Of a stretch of 64,000 nt of DNA, positions 28,146 through 37,033 are shown piece after piece; the first letter of the stretch is position 1, and each line of letters starts with the position of its first letter. The notes under the pieces were generated by a model that did no database searches, was not told the origin of the DNA, and saw only the letters and a program-made list of their open reading frames with translations. The position numbers and the translations under genes were made by a program. Source of the stretch: a virus; IMG/VR virus record IMGVR_UViG_3300036845_000721, positions 67,445-131,444 of that record; one strand, 5' to 3'.

Positions 28146-28393
28146 CGGCGCTGAACGGCCGGATGTCCAAGGAAGACACCCTGGACCAGCTGCTGCGCCG
28201 CGGGCTGGCCGTGACGTACCGCGAGCTGGGCATCGAGCGCGACCCGGCGGAAACGGCCGCGGAGCTGCTGGCGGCCCTGGCCGAGGCCTGGGGCGCCGAG
28301 CTGTCGGACGACGAGCTCGCCGCGTTCGGGACCGTCCAGGCAGCACTGGCCCGTATCGTGCAGGTGCGCGCCCGGGACGCGGAAACGTCATGA
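28079..28393 (+). CDS. Putative ribbon-helix-helix protein
   Basis: N-terminal VQVSVRM strand followed by two helices; GGAGG RBS. Confidence 0.45.
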   Translation: MAERVQVSVRMHGPTHRAWNEITALNGRMSKEDTLDQLLRRGLAVTYRELGIERDPAETAAELLAALAEAWGAELSDDELAAFGTVQAALARIVQVRARDAETS

Positions 28394-28689
28394 GCTCAGG
28401 GAACCTGGACCAGGCGGGTGACGCGCTCACGGGCGCGTTCCACGCGGCGGATGCCCGCGAGCTGGGCAGCATAATCGAGTCCCTGCCGGAGCTCACCCGG
28501 GTGCTGCACGAGGGGCTGGTCACCCTGGACGGCGAGGTCACCGAACGGGCCGGCCCGGCCCTGGAGCAGACTGGCGCGGCGATCGCGGCGCTGGCCCAGC
28601 ATGCCGCCGCGCTGGCTGAGGCTGCCCAGGAGGCCGCGTCGTCCTGGCTGGAGGAGTCCGGCTGGTGGATGGCCGGCGGCGAGATCTGA
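28390..28689 (+). CDS. Ala-rich helical hypothetical protein
   Basis: ATGA coupling. Confidence 0.6.
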   Translation: MSSGNLDQAGDALTGAFHAADARELGSIIESLPELTRVLHEGLVTLDGEVTERAGPALEQTGAAIAALAQHAAALAEAAQEAASSWLEESGWWMAGGEI

Positions 28690-28766
28690 CAACTTGCAGG
28701 ACTGCTTGCGCTGAAACTTGTTATCCTGGTGCCGTCCCGTGTCCCGAGCGCGAAAGGCGCACGCTG

Positions 28767-29621
28767 ATGCCGCACCCGTCCCATGCTGACCCGTCAGTTC
28801 TTGACCCGCAGGTTTCGATGGAGCTGCGGCGGTTCCGGGAGAACCTGCCCCGGGAGGTGGCCTCGGGTGCCGTCGCCCGGGCGCTGGGCTGGTCGCCGTC
28901 CAAGATGTCCCGGATCGAGCAGGCCCGCACCCCGGTGCCGCGGACTGCGCTGGAGCAGCTGCTGGCGTACTACACAGCCAGGCACGCGATGCCCGCCAGG
29001 ACCGCGAAGGTGATCCGCGGCCTGTTCGAGGCGGCGGCAGACGGCAACCGCCGTCACCCGTATCTCGGGCCGGCCGTGGCGGCGCCCATGGTCCGGGAGT
29101 GGGCTCCGCTGCTGGTGCCCCGGCTGCTGCAGGTCCCGGAGTACGCCGAGGCGGTGCTGACCGAGCTGCAGCCCGTCACCCAGCTGCCGCCGTCCGGGAT
29201 CATCCCGGCCGTCCGGGCCGTTACCCGGTGGCAGCGCCAGCTCGCTGAGCACCCGCCGCAGCTGCTGCACGCGGTGCTCGATGAGTCCGTGCTGACCCGG
29301 GCGGCCGGCGGCCCGGAGGTGATGACCGCCCAGCTGGAGTACCTGGCGCAGCTGGGCGACGACGGGCCGGTCCAGGTCCGGGTGCTGCCGCTGGCCGCGG
29401 CCGGGCTGCCCCGGTGGATCTCCGGGTTCCGCTGCCTGCAGTACGCGGACCAGTCTCTCGCGACCCGGATCGAGACCGATGAGCTGGAAGGCACCGGGCA
29501 GCCCGCCAAGACCGACGACGGGCAGATGGAGTGGCGCCGTCAGCTATTGTTCCGGCAGCTGTGGAACGCGGCCGAGCCGGCCGGCCCGGTCATCGGCAAG
29601 GTACTGGCGGCCGGGACGTAA
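28767..29621 (+). CDS. XRE-family HTH regulator with DUF5753 domain (WhiJ-like)
   Basis: ELRRFR...LGWSPSKMSRIE, P.LLQ.PEYA, VLDESVL.R..GGPEVM..QL.YL motifs. Confidence 0.85.
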   Translation: MPHPSHADPSVLDPQVSMELRRFRENLPREVASGAVARALGWSPSKMSRIEQARTPVPRTALEQLLAYYTARHAMPARTAKVIRGLFEAAADGNRRHPYLGPAVAAPMVREWAPLLVPRLLQVPEYAEAVLTELQPVTQLPPSGIIPAVRAVTRWQRQLAEHPPQLLHAVLDESVLTRAAGGPEVMTAQLEYLAQLGDDGPVQVRVLPLAAAGLPRWISGFRCLQYADQSLATRIETDELEGTGQPAKTDDGQMEWRRQLLFRQLWNAAEPAGPVIGKVLAAGT

Positions 29622-29672
29622 GCTGGTCCCCGCGGCCTGCGCCGCTGGCCCCCGCTTGCGGCGCAGGCCGCT

Positions 29673-30476
29673 CTATGCCGCTGCCTCCCCGAGCTGCCGC
29701 CAGCAGGCGAGCTGCCGGGCGGTCCAGTAGCCGAGGTACGGCGGGATCGCTTCCTTGACCCGGTCCCGGGTGCTCATCCAGCCGATTTCCATCAGCGAGA
29801 AGACCGGTTCCTTGCGCTCGTGCCCGGCGGCCGACACGAACTTCCCGGGCGTCCAGTGCCCGGCCTTCGCGACCGGGACCGGGTGCGGCCAGCCGCAGTC
29901 CGGGCGACGGCGCACGATTCCTACCCGGTCGTACCCGGCCGGCGGGTTCCACGCCCAGGACGGCACTTCGTCTGTCCAGGGCGGAGGCATGGTGCGGCTT
30001 ACCCACGGCGGCGGGTGCAGCACGAGGCCGCCGCCCGCCTCCAGCAGCCGGTGCCGGTAACCGGGACGGCCGAACATCCACATGCACACGGTCACCGGGT
30101 CACGCAGCGCGGACCGGGCGCCTTCCACGTTCTCGATCACGAACGGGATGCCGAGCTCGTCGGCGAGCGGCTGGATCGGCTTGATCAGCCGCGCGTACTC
30201 CCCGGCCAGTCCCGGCCGGCAGTTCGACATGCCGCTGTAGCCCTGGCACGGCGGGTGCAGGGACGCGAAGGTGAACCGGGACAGGAACGAGACGTCTTGC
30301 AGGACGTCCAGGATGTCCGCGCAGATGAACTCGTGCGCCCCCGACCGCAGGTACCCGTCCCGGCAGGACGCGTCGGTGTCGACGCCGACGACGTAGTGTC
30401 CCGCCCGTACCAGGCCGGCCGCGCCGCCGCCTTCGCTACAGCAGCCGTCCAGCGTGACCTCGGTGAACCCGTCCAT
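29673..30476 (-). CDS. Orphan C5-cytosine DNA methyltransferase
   Basis: Motif I-like LDGCCSEGG, catalytic PPCQGYS, IENV, RHRLLE; no cognate restriction gene seen. Confidence 0.8.
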   Translation of the reverse strand: MDGFTEVTLDGCCSEGGGAAGLVRAGHYVVGVDTDASCRDGYLRSGAHEFICADILDVLQDVSFLSRFTFASLHPPCQGYSGMSNCRPGLAGEYARLIKPIQPLADELGIPFVIENVEGARSALRDPVTVCMWMFGRPGYRHRLLEAGGGLVLHPPPWVSRTMPPPWTDEVPSWAWNPPAGYDRVGIVRRRPDCGWPHPVPVAKAGHWTPGKFVSAAGHERKEPVFSLMEIGWMSTRDRVKEAIPPYLGYWTARQLACWRQLGEAAA

Positions 30477-30674
30477 GGCGTCTCCCGGCCTCTAAGCTAG
30501 CGGTATGGACAGCAGTGCCGATTCCCGGCACCCTTGCGGGATCTGCGGCTGCGACGGCAGCCTGCGCTACACGCCGCTGCCCCCCGGCACCGTGACGGGC
30601 GAGCCGAGAAGCTACGTGAAGGACTGCTGCGGCTGCCTGGTTTACACGACGGCACGGGACGAGGGCTGACCGGC

Positions 30675-31316
30675 TCACGGCGTGCCGTCCGGGTTCCCGC
30701 GGTCTCGCGGGTCGCGGAGCGTGAACCCGGAGTCGGCCAGCCCGCCTGTCAGGCTGTCCCGGGTGAATACTGCAGCGGTCCCGGTGCGCTCGGCGGCGGC
30801 GTCGGCGCTGAACGAGCCGGTCAGGACGGGCAGCACGACGGCCTCGGAGTTGTGCCACCGGCAGATGTCGCCCGCGGCCGGGCCGTACTGGAGGTAGAAC
30901 ACGCTGTCGGTTGCCCGGTTGTCGTCGCTGCAGATCAGTTCCAGGGTTCCCGGGTCGCTGCTGACCGCTGCCTCCTGCGCGCAGAACGCCTGCCACTGCG
31001 CGTCCGTTGCGGCCCATTCCCGGCGGCCGGCCAGGTAGATGCCGAAGCCCGTGAGCCGGTCATCGGGGTCGCGGCGGCCGGCCAGGACCTCTACGGTGAC
31101 GGCCAGGTCGCCGGGCTGCGGGGCGTTGATGCGGTCGCTGATCCGCCGGACGACCGGCGCGGGCTGGCCGACCAGGGTAGCGGTGCGCAGGTGCGCGGCC
31201 ATCGCGATCAGTGCCTCCCGGTGCGCGACGGCGCGCTCGTCCAGGGACAGCAGCCAGTCGTCCCGGTCTTCGCCGCGGATTCCCTCGTACGGCTGCGGCC
31301 AGCTCGCTCCGGTCAT
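30675..31316 (-). CDS. Hypothetical protein
   Basis: ORF with GGAG RBS. Confidence 0.65.
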   Translation of the reverse strand: MTGASWPQPYEGIRGEDRDDWLLSLDERAVAHREALIAMAAHLRTATLVGQPAPVVRRISDRINAPQPGDLAVTVEVLAGRRDPDDRLTGFGIYLAGRREWAATDAQWQAFCAQEAAVSSDPGTLELICSDDNRATDSVFYLQYGPAAGDICRWHNSEAVVLPVLTGSFSADAAAERTGTAAVFTRDSLTGGLADSGFTLRDPRDRGNPDGTP

Positions 31317-31540
31317 GGCGTTTGCTCCGTTGCCCGTTCGCTGCTGCGGATTGTCACGTCGCTGCCGTCGTCCTGGTGCTGCTGGACGTGGCTGGGGATG
31401 TCACCCAGGGCCAGTATCAGGGTCCGGCCCTTGTTGCGCGTGCAGCCGACGCACCAGGCCTCGCCGGGGTCCGGGTACGGGTCTGCGCGCCTGGCGATCC
31501 AGATGCGCAGCCGGGTCAGGGGTGAGTTCGGGTCACGCAT
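31313..31540 (-). CDS. Hypothetical protein with CVGC motif
   Basis: AGGAGAC RBS. Confidence 0.55.
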   Translation of the reverse strand: MRDPNSPLTRLRIWIARRADPYPDPGEAWCVGCTRNKGRTLILALGDIPSHVQQHQDDGSDVTIRSSERATEQTP

Positions 31541-31579
31541 CCGGTCTCCTATCGCTGTCTCTTAGAGTATTCTAGCCGT

Positions 31580-31834
31580 ATGCCTGAGTGCATTCACGAG
31601 ATCGAGATCGCCACCTGCGGCGACTGCACCCCGCCGCCCCGGACATGGCGTCCCGAGGACGGCTGGGGCGCCTGGGTCACCGCCAGGTACCACAGTTTCT
31701 GCGCCGGCTGCGACCGGCCGATCGAGCCCGGTGACCAGATCCGGTCCGACGGGGCCGCCGGCTGGCTGTGCGTCACCTGCGGCAGCGCCGCCGGCGGCCC
31801 GCACACCATCACCGTTGCCGGGGGCCTGCTGTGA
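31580..31834 (+). CDS. Small Zn-binding protein (CIH...CGDC...CAGC...CVTC)
   Basis: Cys pattern; divergent AT-richer intergenic region upstream. Confidence 0.65.
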   Translation: MPECIHEIEIATCGDCTPPPRTWRPEDGWGAWVTARYHSFCAGCDRPIEPGDQIRSDGAAGWLCVTCGSAAGGPHTITVAGGLL

Positions 31835-31998
31835 AGCGCCCCCCGCACGGCGGAGACGAGCAGGACGCGTTCACCGCCTGGCGGCACCTGCTGTACTGGC
31901 GGCCCGGGCAGCGTCAGGCGGTCAAGCGCCGCGCATCGCGCCGTACCCGCCGGCAGGCCCGGCAGGCGCTGCGATCCGGCCGCGGGGATGTGCTGTGA
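31831..31998 (+). CDS. Small basic protein (DEQDAFTAWR...)
   Basis: GTGA coupling. Confidence 0.55.
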   Translation: MKRPPHGGDEQDAFTAWRHLLYWRPGQRQAVKRRASRRTRRQARQALRSGRGDVL

Positions 31999-32210
31999 AG
32001 CCGCCTGAGCAGGCCGTCGCCTACCTGGCTGCCTCCGCCGTCGCCGGCGCCCTGCTGGACTCGTTCCTCCCGCCGGGCACGCGCTGGCTGGCCCTGGCCG
32101 TCGCCGTTGCTGCCGCGGTGCTGGCCGTCGTCTGGTATGTCCGGTACTGCTGCTCGCCGGCCGGCCAGGCCGAGCGGGTACTGCGGTCCGGCCGCGGAGA
32201 GGACCTGTGA
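31995..32210 (+). CDS. Small two-TM protein
   Basis: GTGA coupling, hydrophobic. Confidence 0.55.
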   Translation: MKPPEQAVAYLAASAVAGALLDSFLPPGTRWLALAVAVAAAVLAVVWYVRYCCSPAGQAERVLRSGRGEDL

Positions 32211-32422
32211 TGGCCCCGGATCCCCCGCACTGCCCGGGCTGCCGCGGGTACACCCCGCAGTGGGAGCACGAGTGCCCCGGGCTCGCGGTCACCCTGTACC
32301 AGCGCGTAGTCGGGAAACTGCCATGGCGGATGCGGCTGCGGGTGCTGGCCGGACGCCCGGTCGTCACCGGAGCCGGCGCGACCGCCTGGGGCGGCGGCGG
32401 AGGCGGCGGAGGCCAGCCATGA
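32207..32422 (+). CDS. Small hypothetical protein (CPGC...HEC)
   Basis: Coupled ORF. Confidence 0.5.
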   Translation: MMAPDPPHCPGCRGYTPQWEHECPGLAVTLYQRVVGKLPWRMRLRVLAGRPVVTGAGATAWGGGGGGGGQP

Positions 32423-32667
32423 CGGACAAGCCGATGTCAGCGCTGGCGTTCCTGCGCGCGTACACCCGGCAGGCCACCCGCAGGCAGCTCGCCGCGCTGT
32501 CGGCCGTCGCCGCGCTGGACGTGCTCATCCAGGTGTCGGCGGTAACTTCCGTTCACGGCATCGCCCGGATCTGCTGGGCGGTAGCGTTCGCGGCCACCTG
32601 GGGACTGGCCTGGTGGCTGCTCGGCTGGCCCCCGGCGCAGCGGTGGATCTGGGGCGGCCAGCCGTGA
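32419..32667 (+). CDS. Small two-TM protein
   Basis: ATGA coupling. Confidence 0.55.
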   Translation: MTDKPMSALAFLRAYTRQATRRQLAALSAVAALDVLIQVSAVTSVHGIARICWAVAFAATWGLAWWLLGWPPAQRWIWGGQP

Positions 32668-33215
32668 GCAGGGCATTTACCGGCTCCACCCCGGCGGGCG
32701 TGCTGGGCGAGGCGGTGATGTCCGACGACGGCGCCTACCGGTACGTGCTGAACCGGCGCTGGGACCGGGAGCGCCCGGTGCTGCCCTGGATCATGCTCAA
32801 CCCGTCGGTCGCGGACGAGAAGACCGATGACCCGACGATCGCCCGGTGCATGACGCGGGCGCTGCGGGCCGGGTACGGCGGCATCTGCGTGCTCAACCTG
32901 TTCGCGCTGCGCGCCACCGATCCCGCCGCCCTGCTCCGTCATCCCGACCCGGAAGGCCCGGAGAACGACAGCTGGCTGGACGGGCTGGCCGGCGACACCG
33001 GGCACGGCACGGCGCCGGTCGTGATCGCCTGGGGCGCCCTGGCCGCGTCGCGGCTGCGGGAACAGGCTTCCCGCGTGCTGGGCATCCTGATCCTGGGCGG
33101 CTGCCGGCTGGAGTGCCTGGGCGTTACCGGCGGCGGCTACCCGCGTCACCCGTGCCGTCTCGGCTACGATGTCCCGCTGCGGCCCTACTCCCGGCAGGCT
33201 GCTGACCGTGAGTAG
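32664..33215 (+). CDS. DUF1643 family protein
   Basis: S.DG.YRY.L.R.W...WIMLNPS.AD...DDPTI.RC...NLFALRAT signature. Confidence 0.85.
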   Translation: MSRAFTGSTPAGVLGEAVMSDDGAYRYVLNRRWDRERPVLPWIMLNPSVADEKTDDPTIARCMTRALRAGYGGICVLNLFALRATDPAALLRHPDPEGPENDSWLDGLAGDTGHGTAPVVIAWGALAASRLREQASRVLGILILGGCRLECLGVTGGGYPRHPCRLGYDVPLRPYSRQAADRE

Positions 33216-33224
33216 CCTGGTGCC

Positions 33225-33677
33225 GTGACCGGGCTCGCCGTCGTTAACGACATCTGGCTGCCGGACGGTACCGTGCTGCGCGGCGGTGACGCGATCGGCT
33301 ATCACGCGGAAAGGGACCTCCGGGCCACCCTCGCGGCCTGCGCGGCCGACCCGTCGGTGCGCTGGCGCGAGCTGGCCGGGCTCGGGAACGGCGGAGCCGG
33401 GGCATACTGGCAGGAATGGCATTGCGAGCCGCCGCCGCCCGGCCAGGGGTTCTGGGTGACCAGCCAGGACTGGGTAACTGACAAGGGCGGGCTCCCGGTG
33501 CGGCGCATCTACGAGATCGAGCTCGCTCATGCCCGCACGGGAAACAATCGCAGCGATAGACGAGACGCTGACCGGGATGGACCGTCTCGATCCGGCCCCG
33601 CCGCCGCAGCCGGAATCCCCTGGCCGTGCCCGGACGCCGCCGCCCCGGGCGTCACCGCACCGGAAGGGGCCGGTTGA
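33225..33677 (+). CDS. Hypothetical protein whose first ~25 aa resemble the TerL N-terminus
   Basis: MTGLAVVNDIWLPDGTVLRGGDAIG; the 3' part overlaps the next gene. Confidence 0.5.
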   Translation: MTGLAVVNDIWLPDGTVLRGGDAIGYHAERDLRATLAACAADPSVRWRELAGLGNGGAGAYWQEWHCEPPPPGQGFWVTSQDWVTDKGGLPVRRIYEIELAHARTGNNRSDRRDADRDGPSRSGPAAAAGIPWPCPDAAAPGVTAPEGAG

Positions 33678-33927
33678 GGCTGCCGTCGCCCGGGACCTGA
33701 AGGCGATGCCGGCCGCGCTGCGCGGCGGGGCGGTCGCCGCGACAGCGCTCAAGCTGGCCCGCGAGCTGGACACCTTGCCGATGACCCCCCGGGACGCGTC
33801 CGGGCATGCCCGCGAGCTGCGCATGCACATGACCCAGCTGGCCGAGATGGCGCCGGGCGAGCGGAAGGGCGACGTCACCGACGAGGTGCGGGCGCGGCGC
33901 GAGTCCCGGCTGGCCGACAGCGGGTAA
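33529..33927 (+). CDS. terS: Probable terminase small subunit
   Basis: A.TALKLARELD...ARELR..M..L...D..DEVRARRE.R pattern seen in actinophage TerS; 3.8 kb upstream of TerL. Confidence 0.55.
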   Translation: MPARETIAAIDETLTGMDRLDPAPPPQPESPGRARTPPPRASPHRKGPVEAAVARDLKAMPAALRGGAVAATALKLARELDTLPMTPRDASGHARELRMHMTQLAEMAPGERKGDVTDEVRARRESRLADSG

Positions 33928-33946
33928 CCCTGTCTCTTGCGGTATC

Positions 33947-34231
33947 ATGAACCGGACGGCTGAACAGACCCGGGACAGGAGACCGCCGATGACAGCAGGC
34001 AAGGGCATGGACAGGGACCAGCTGGTCCGGGCGGTAGCCGAGCTGATCGCCGGGCTCGCCGTGCCGGTCTCGATGGAGATGCCGCTCGGCCGGGCCGGGG
34101 TCGCCTGGACCGCGCTGCACAGTGACCTGGCCGTCTTCGGCTGGGCGACCGCGGAGGAGTACGAGACCGCGATCCGCGGGAAGCTGGGCCTGCCCGCCCT
34201 CGCCCCGGCCCCGGCGCAGGAGCCGGCATGA
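33947..34231 (+). CDS. Hypothetical protein
   Basis: ORF, start uncertain. Confidence 0.5.
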   Translation: MNRTAEQTRDRRPPMTAGKGMDRDQLVRAVAELIAGLAVPVSMEMPLGRAGVAWTALHSDLAVFGWATAEEYETAIRGKLGLPALAPAPAQEPA

Positions 34232-34449
34232 CCGCCGACGCCGGCGACTGGGACGAGGCCTTCGCCGCGATCGAGGCGGGGCTGCAGCGGGACCGGGCGG
34301 TGTGCAAGAACGGCGGCCATCAGATCCACAAGGCCCCGGACGGCGGCTGGGTCGGCGACGACGGCGACCCGGCCTGCATGGTGACCGCCGACGGCAGCCC
34401 GCACGAGCCCGTCACCATGCCGCGGCAGGGAAGATCGGGGGCACGGTAA
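34228..34449 (+). CDS. Small hypothetical protein
   Basis: ATGA coupling. Confidence 0.55.
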   Translation: MTADAGDWDEAFAAIEAGLQRDRAVCKNGGHQIHKAPDGGWVGDDGDPACMVTADGSPHEPVTMPRQGRSGAR

Positions 34450-35144
34450 TGGACATGAAGTTCGAGGTGCACCCGTACCAGGCGGGCCGGTGGGCTGATC
34501 CGGAGACGCCGGCGGAGGCGCGCCGCAGCAGTGCCCTGTTCCGGCAGGCGGGCCGCCGCTACGGTGAGGGCGCCCGCGACGTCGGCTTCTGGAAATCCAC
34601 CCTGGCGCTGCTGGAGGAGGAAACCGCCGCGCTCGCCCTGGACGGCCTGGTCGTCATCGAGGCCGGGTTCGCCGAGTGGGACCTGCGGATGGACCGCACC
34701 GGCCCGCTGGCCCGCGTGACCGAGTCCCATCCGGGTGCCGTCGTGTCGTTCACCTCCGGGCTGTACGGCCCGCTGCGCTACGCCACCGACGCCTACGAGC
34801 AGCGGTGGACCGGGACCCCGCCCGGCTGGCAGGCCAACGTCCGCGCGGTCGCGCTCACCCTGGGCGCGCTGCGCGCCATCGACCGGTGGGGCGTCGCCCG
34901 CAGCGGCCAGCAGTACGCCGGCTGGCTCGCGCTGCCCGAGGGCGGCCAGGGCTTCCCGTCCGCCGACGCCGCGCTGCGCTGGATGAAGGAAAACACCCCG
35001 CAGGGCTTCATCGGCGACACTGCCCGCGAGCTGTACCGGGCGCTGGCCAAGCGCTGGCACAAGGAAGGCAGCGAGCCGGATCAGGAGAACTGGGACCGGC
35101 TGCAGGCCGCCCGGCTGCTGCTCGAACAAGCGAAGGTGATCTGA
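34449..35144 (+). CDS. Hypothetical phage protein with a degenerate C-terminal J-domain-like helix pair
   Basis: WQANVRAVAL.L.ALRAIDRWGV...QQY.GW.ALP core; YRALAKRWHKEG tail lacks HPD. Confidence 0.6.
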   Translation: MDMKFEVHPYQAGRWADPETPAEARRSSALFRQAGRRYGEGARDVGFWKSTLALLEEETAALALDGLVVIEAGFAEWDLRMDRTGPLARVTESHPGAVVSFTSGLYGPLRYATDAYEQRWTGTPPGWQANVRAVALTLGALRAIDRWGVARSGQQYAGWLALPEGGQGFPSADAALRWMKENTPQGFIGDTARELYRALAKRWHKEGSEPDQENWDRLQAARLLLEQAKVI

Positions 35145-35698
35145 TGAGCCGTCCGCACGACGTCGTAGCGCGGCAGCTGGAGCGCAGCGGCCAGACGCTG
35201 ATGCTCGGCCTGGAGCCGCTGGACGACGGCGAGTTCTACAAGGTCAACGGCAACGGGTTCTCCGCCGCCTGGGTCACCGGGCACCTGGCCTGCGTCACCG
35301 ACCTGTTCAGTTCCTGGTTCGACCACGACCGCGGGCTGCTGGGCAGCCCCGGCTTCCATGCCGTGTTCAACGAGACGGGCGACGGCACCACGGCGGGCAC
35401 GGCCGGGCGGTGCGCGGAGGCGGAGGCCTGGTCGAAAGAGGTGCTGCTGGAGAGCTACCGCCGGGCCGTGATCCGGGCGCTGCGGGTACTGCGCCGCTTT
35501 GGCGAGTCGCAGTGGGACGCCCCCGGCCCGCCCGGCACGCCTGCCCTGCTGACCGGCGGCGGGGTCTGGGAGCACCTGGCCGTGCACACCTACTGGCACC
35601 TCGGCGAGCTGGCCGGCAGCATGCCCCGGTTCCGCGGCACCTATACCCTCGGCATCCTCCCGCACCATTTCTATCTCCCGCCCGGGGAGGCCGGATGA
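35144..35698 (+). CDS. DinB/YfiT-like protein
   Basis: S.AW..GHL...HTYWHLGEL metal-ligand His pattern; TGATG coupling. Confidence 0.7.
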   Translation: MSRPHDVVARQLERSGQTLMLGLEPLDDGEFYKVNGNGFSAAWVTGHLACVTDLFSSWFDHDRGLLGSPGFHAVFNETGDGTTAGTAGRCAEAEAWSKEVLLESYRRAVIRALRVLRRFGESQWDAPGPPGTPALLTGGGVWEHLAVHTYWHLGELAGSMPRFRGTYTLGILPHHFYLPPGEAG

Positions 35699-35976
35699 GC
35701 GCCCGCAGGATCGCCGTGACCGCCGCAGTTACCGTCGCGGTGACCGCCGCCGCCGCCGAGATCGTCACCCGGATCGTGCTGCGGCCATGGCCGGTCCCGG
35801 CGGAGATCGCGGCCGGCGTCGCCAGCCTGGAGGCCGACGGCTTCAAGTCCGCCGGATTCTGCCCGCGCCGCTGCCCGCACCGCGACCGGGTGCACGTGCA
35901 CATGCTCACCCCCGGCGGGAAGCCGATCACCGTCGGCCCGCAGTACCGGGACCCGGCACACGTGAGAATGCTCTGA
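35695..35976 (+). CDS. Small membrane-anchored protein
   Basis: ATGA coupling. Confidence 0.5.
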   Translation: MSARRIAVTAAVTVAVTAAAAEIVTRIVLRPWPVPAEIAAGVASLEADGFKSAGFCPRRCPHRDRVHVHMLTPGGKPITVGPQYRDPAHVRML

Positions 35977-36512
35977 TGAGCGCCGAGCCAGTGCCGGTCC
36001 CGACGCCCTGGGACGCGCCGTGGATCACCAGCTTCTCCGGCCGGTACGCGTGCCTGTCGAATTTCCACCCGTGCCCGGTGGTCTACGAGGGCGGCGTCTA
36101 CCCCGGCGGCGAGTGGGCGTTCCAGGCCGCCAAGACCTGCAGCCAGGCGATGCGGCAGCGGATCGCGATGATGAAAACCGGCGGCGAGGCCAAGGCGTAC
36201 GGCCGGGCGCTGCCGCTGCGCCCCGACTGGGAAACCGTCAAGTACGCCGTCATGCTGGACGTGTGCCGGGACAAGTTCGCCCGCAACCCGGGGCTGGGCT
36301 CCATCCTGGCCGCCACCGGGGACGCGGTGCTGGTGGAGGGCAACCGGTGGGGTGACGACATCTGGGGCGCGGTGCCCGTCGCGACCCGCCCGGCGGCGGT
36401 CGGGCTGCCGCTGTGGCAGCCGGAACCGGCCGATCCGCGCACCTGGCTCGCCGGGCACAACTGGCTCGGGCAGACCCTGATGACGGTCCGCCGCGGGCTG
36501 CAGGGACGGTGA
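35976..36512 (+). CDS. NADAR (YbiA-like) family protein
   Basis: LSNFHP...E.AFQAAK...AK..GR...R.DW...K..VM......KF.....L...L..TG...LVE.N.W.D..WG...N.LG..LM.VR. Confidence 0.9.
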   Translation: MSAEPVPVPTPWDAPWITSFSGRYACLSNFHPCPVVYEGGVYPGGEWAFQAAKTCSQAMRQRIAMMKTGGEAKAYGRALPLRPDWETVKYAVMLDVCRDKFARNPGLGSILAATGDAVLVEGNRWGDDIWGAVPVATRPAAVGLPLWQPEPADPRTWLAGHNWLGQTLMTVRRGLQGR

Positions 36513-36515
36513 CCG

Positions 36516-36683
36516 GTGCGCCGCTACCTGATCCGGGGCTGCGGCACGGCCCACGACGGGATCTGCTGGGCGGAGCGCTTCGCTCGCTGGTCGGCGCCGG
36601 GCGCGTGGCTGCCGCCCGAGTACCGGAGGGGCGGCTGGTACCGGCTGACCCCGGAAGGCCGGGTGCCGTTGCCATGTCATTGA
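36516..36683 (+). CDS. Small Trp-rich hypothetical protein (55 aa)
   Basis: Translated by hand, TGATG coupling to the next gene. Confidence 0.4.
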   Translation: MRRYLIRGCGTAHDGICWAERFARWSAPGAWLPPEYRRGGWYRLTPEGRVPLPCH

Positions 36684-36886
36684 TGCCAGACAGCGGGGTA
36701 CCGCCGGGCACGCAGGAGATCCGCGCCACCCACCCGGACTCGTTCCGCAGCGGGCAGTGGGCGACCCTGACCGGCATCGTGGAGGACCCGGAGACCGGCC
36801 GGGTGTGCTATGCGGTCCTGTTCCCCGACGGCACAGCAGACTTCTGGCTGGTGCGGGACAGGGAGCACGGGTATGAGTTCCGGTAA
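36683..36886 (+). CDS. Hypothetical phage protein (IRATHP..FRSGQWA...CY.V.FPDG)
   Basis: Coupled ORF. Confidence 0.6.
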   Translation: MPDSGVPPGTQEIRATHPDSFRSGQWATLTGIVEDPETGRVCYAVLFPDGTADFWLVRDREHGYEFR

Positions 36887-37033
36887 CGCCGGCCGGCGGC
36901 GGGATATAAAAGGCCGGCAGCCAGGCCCGGTGCCACTCCCCCGTTTCCCGGCATGCGGGCCGGCTGAGGCGGCAGGCCCGCGTGCAACCCCCCGGAGCGC
37001 CGGGCCTGCCGCTCCCGTAACCGAGGAGAGCAC

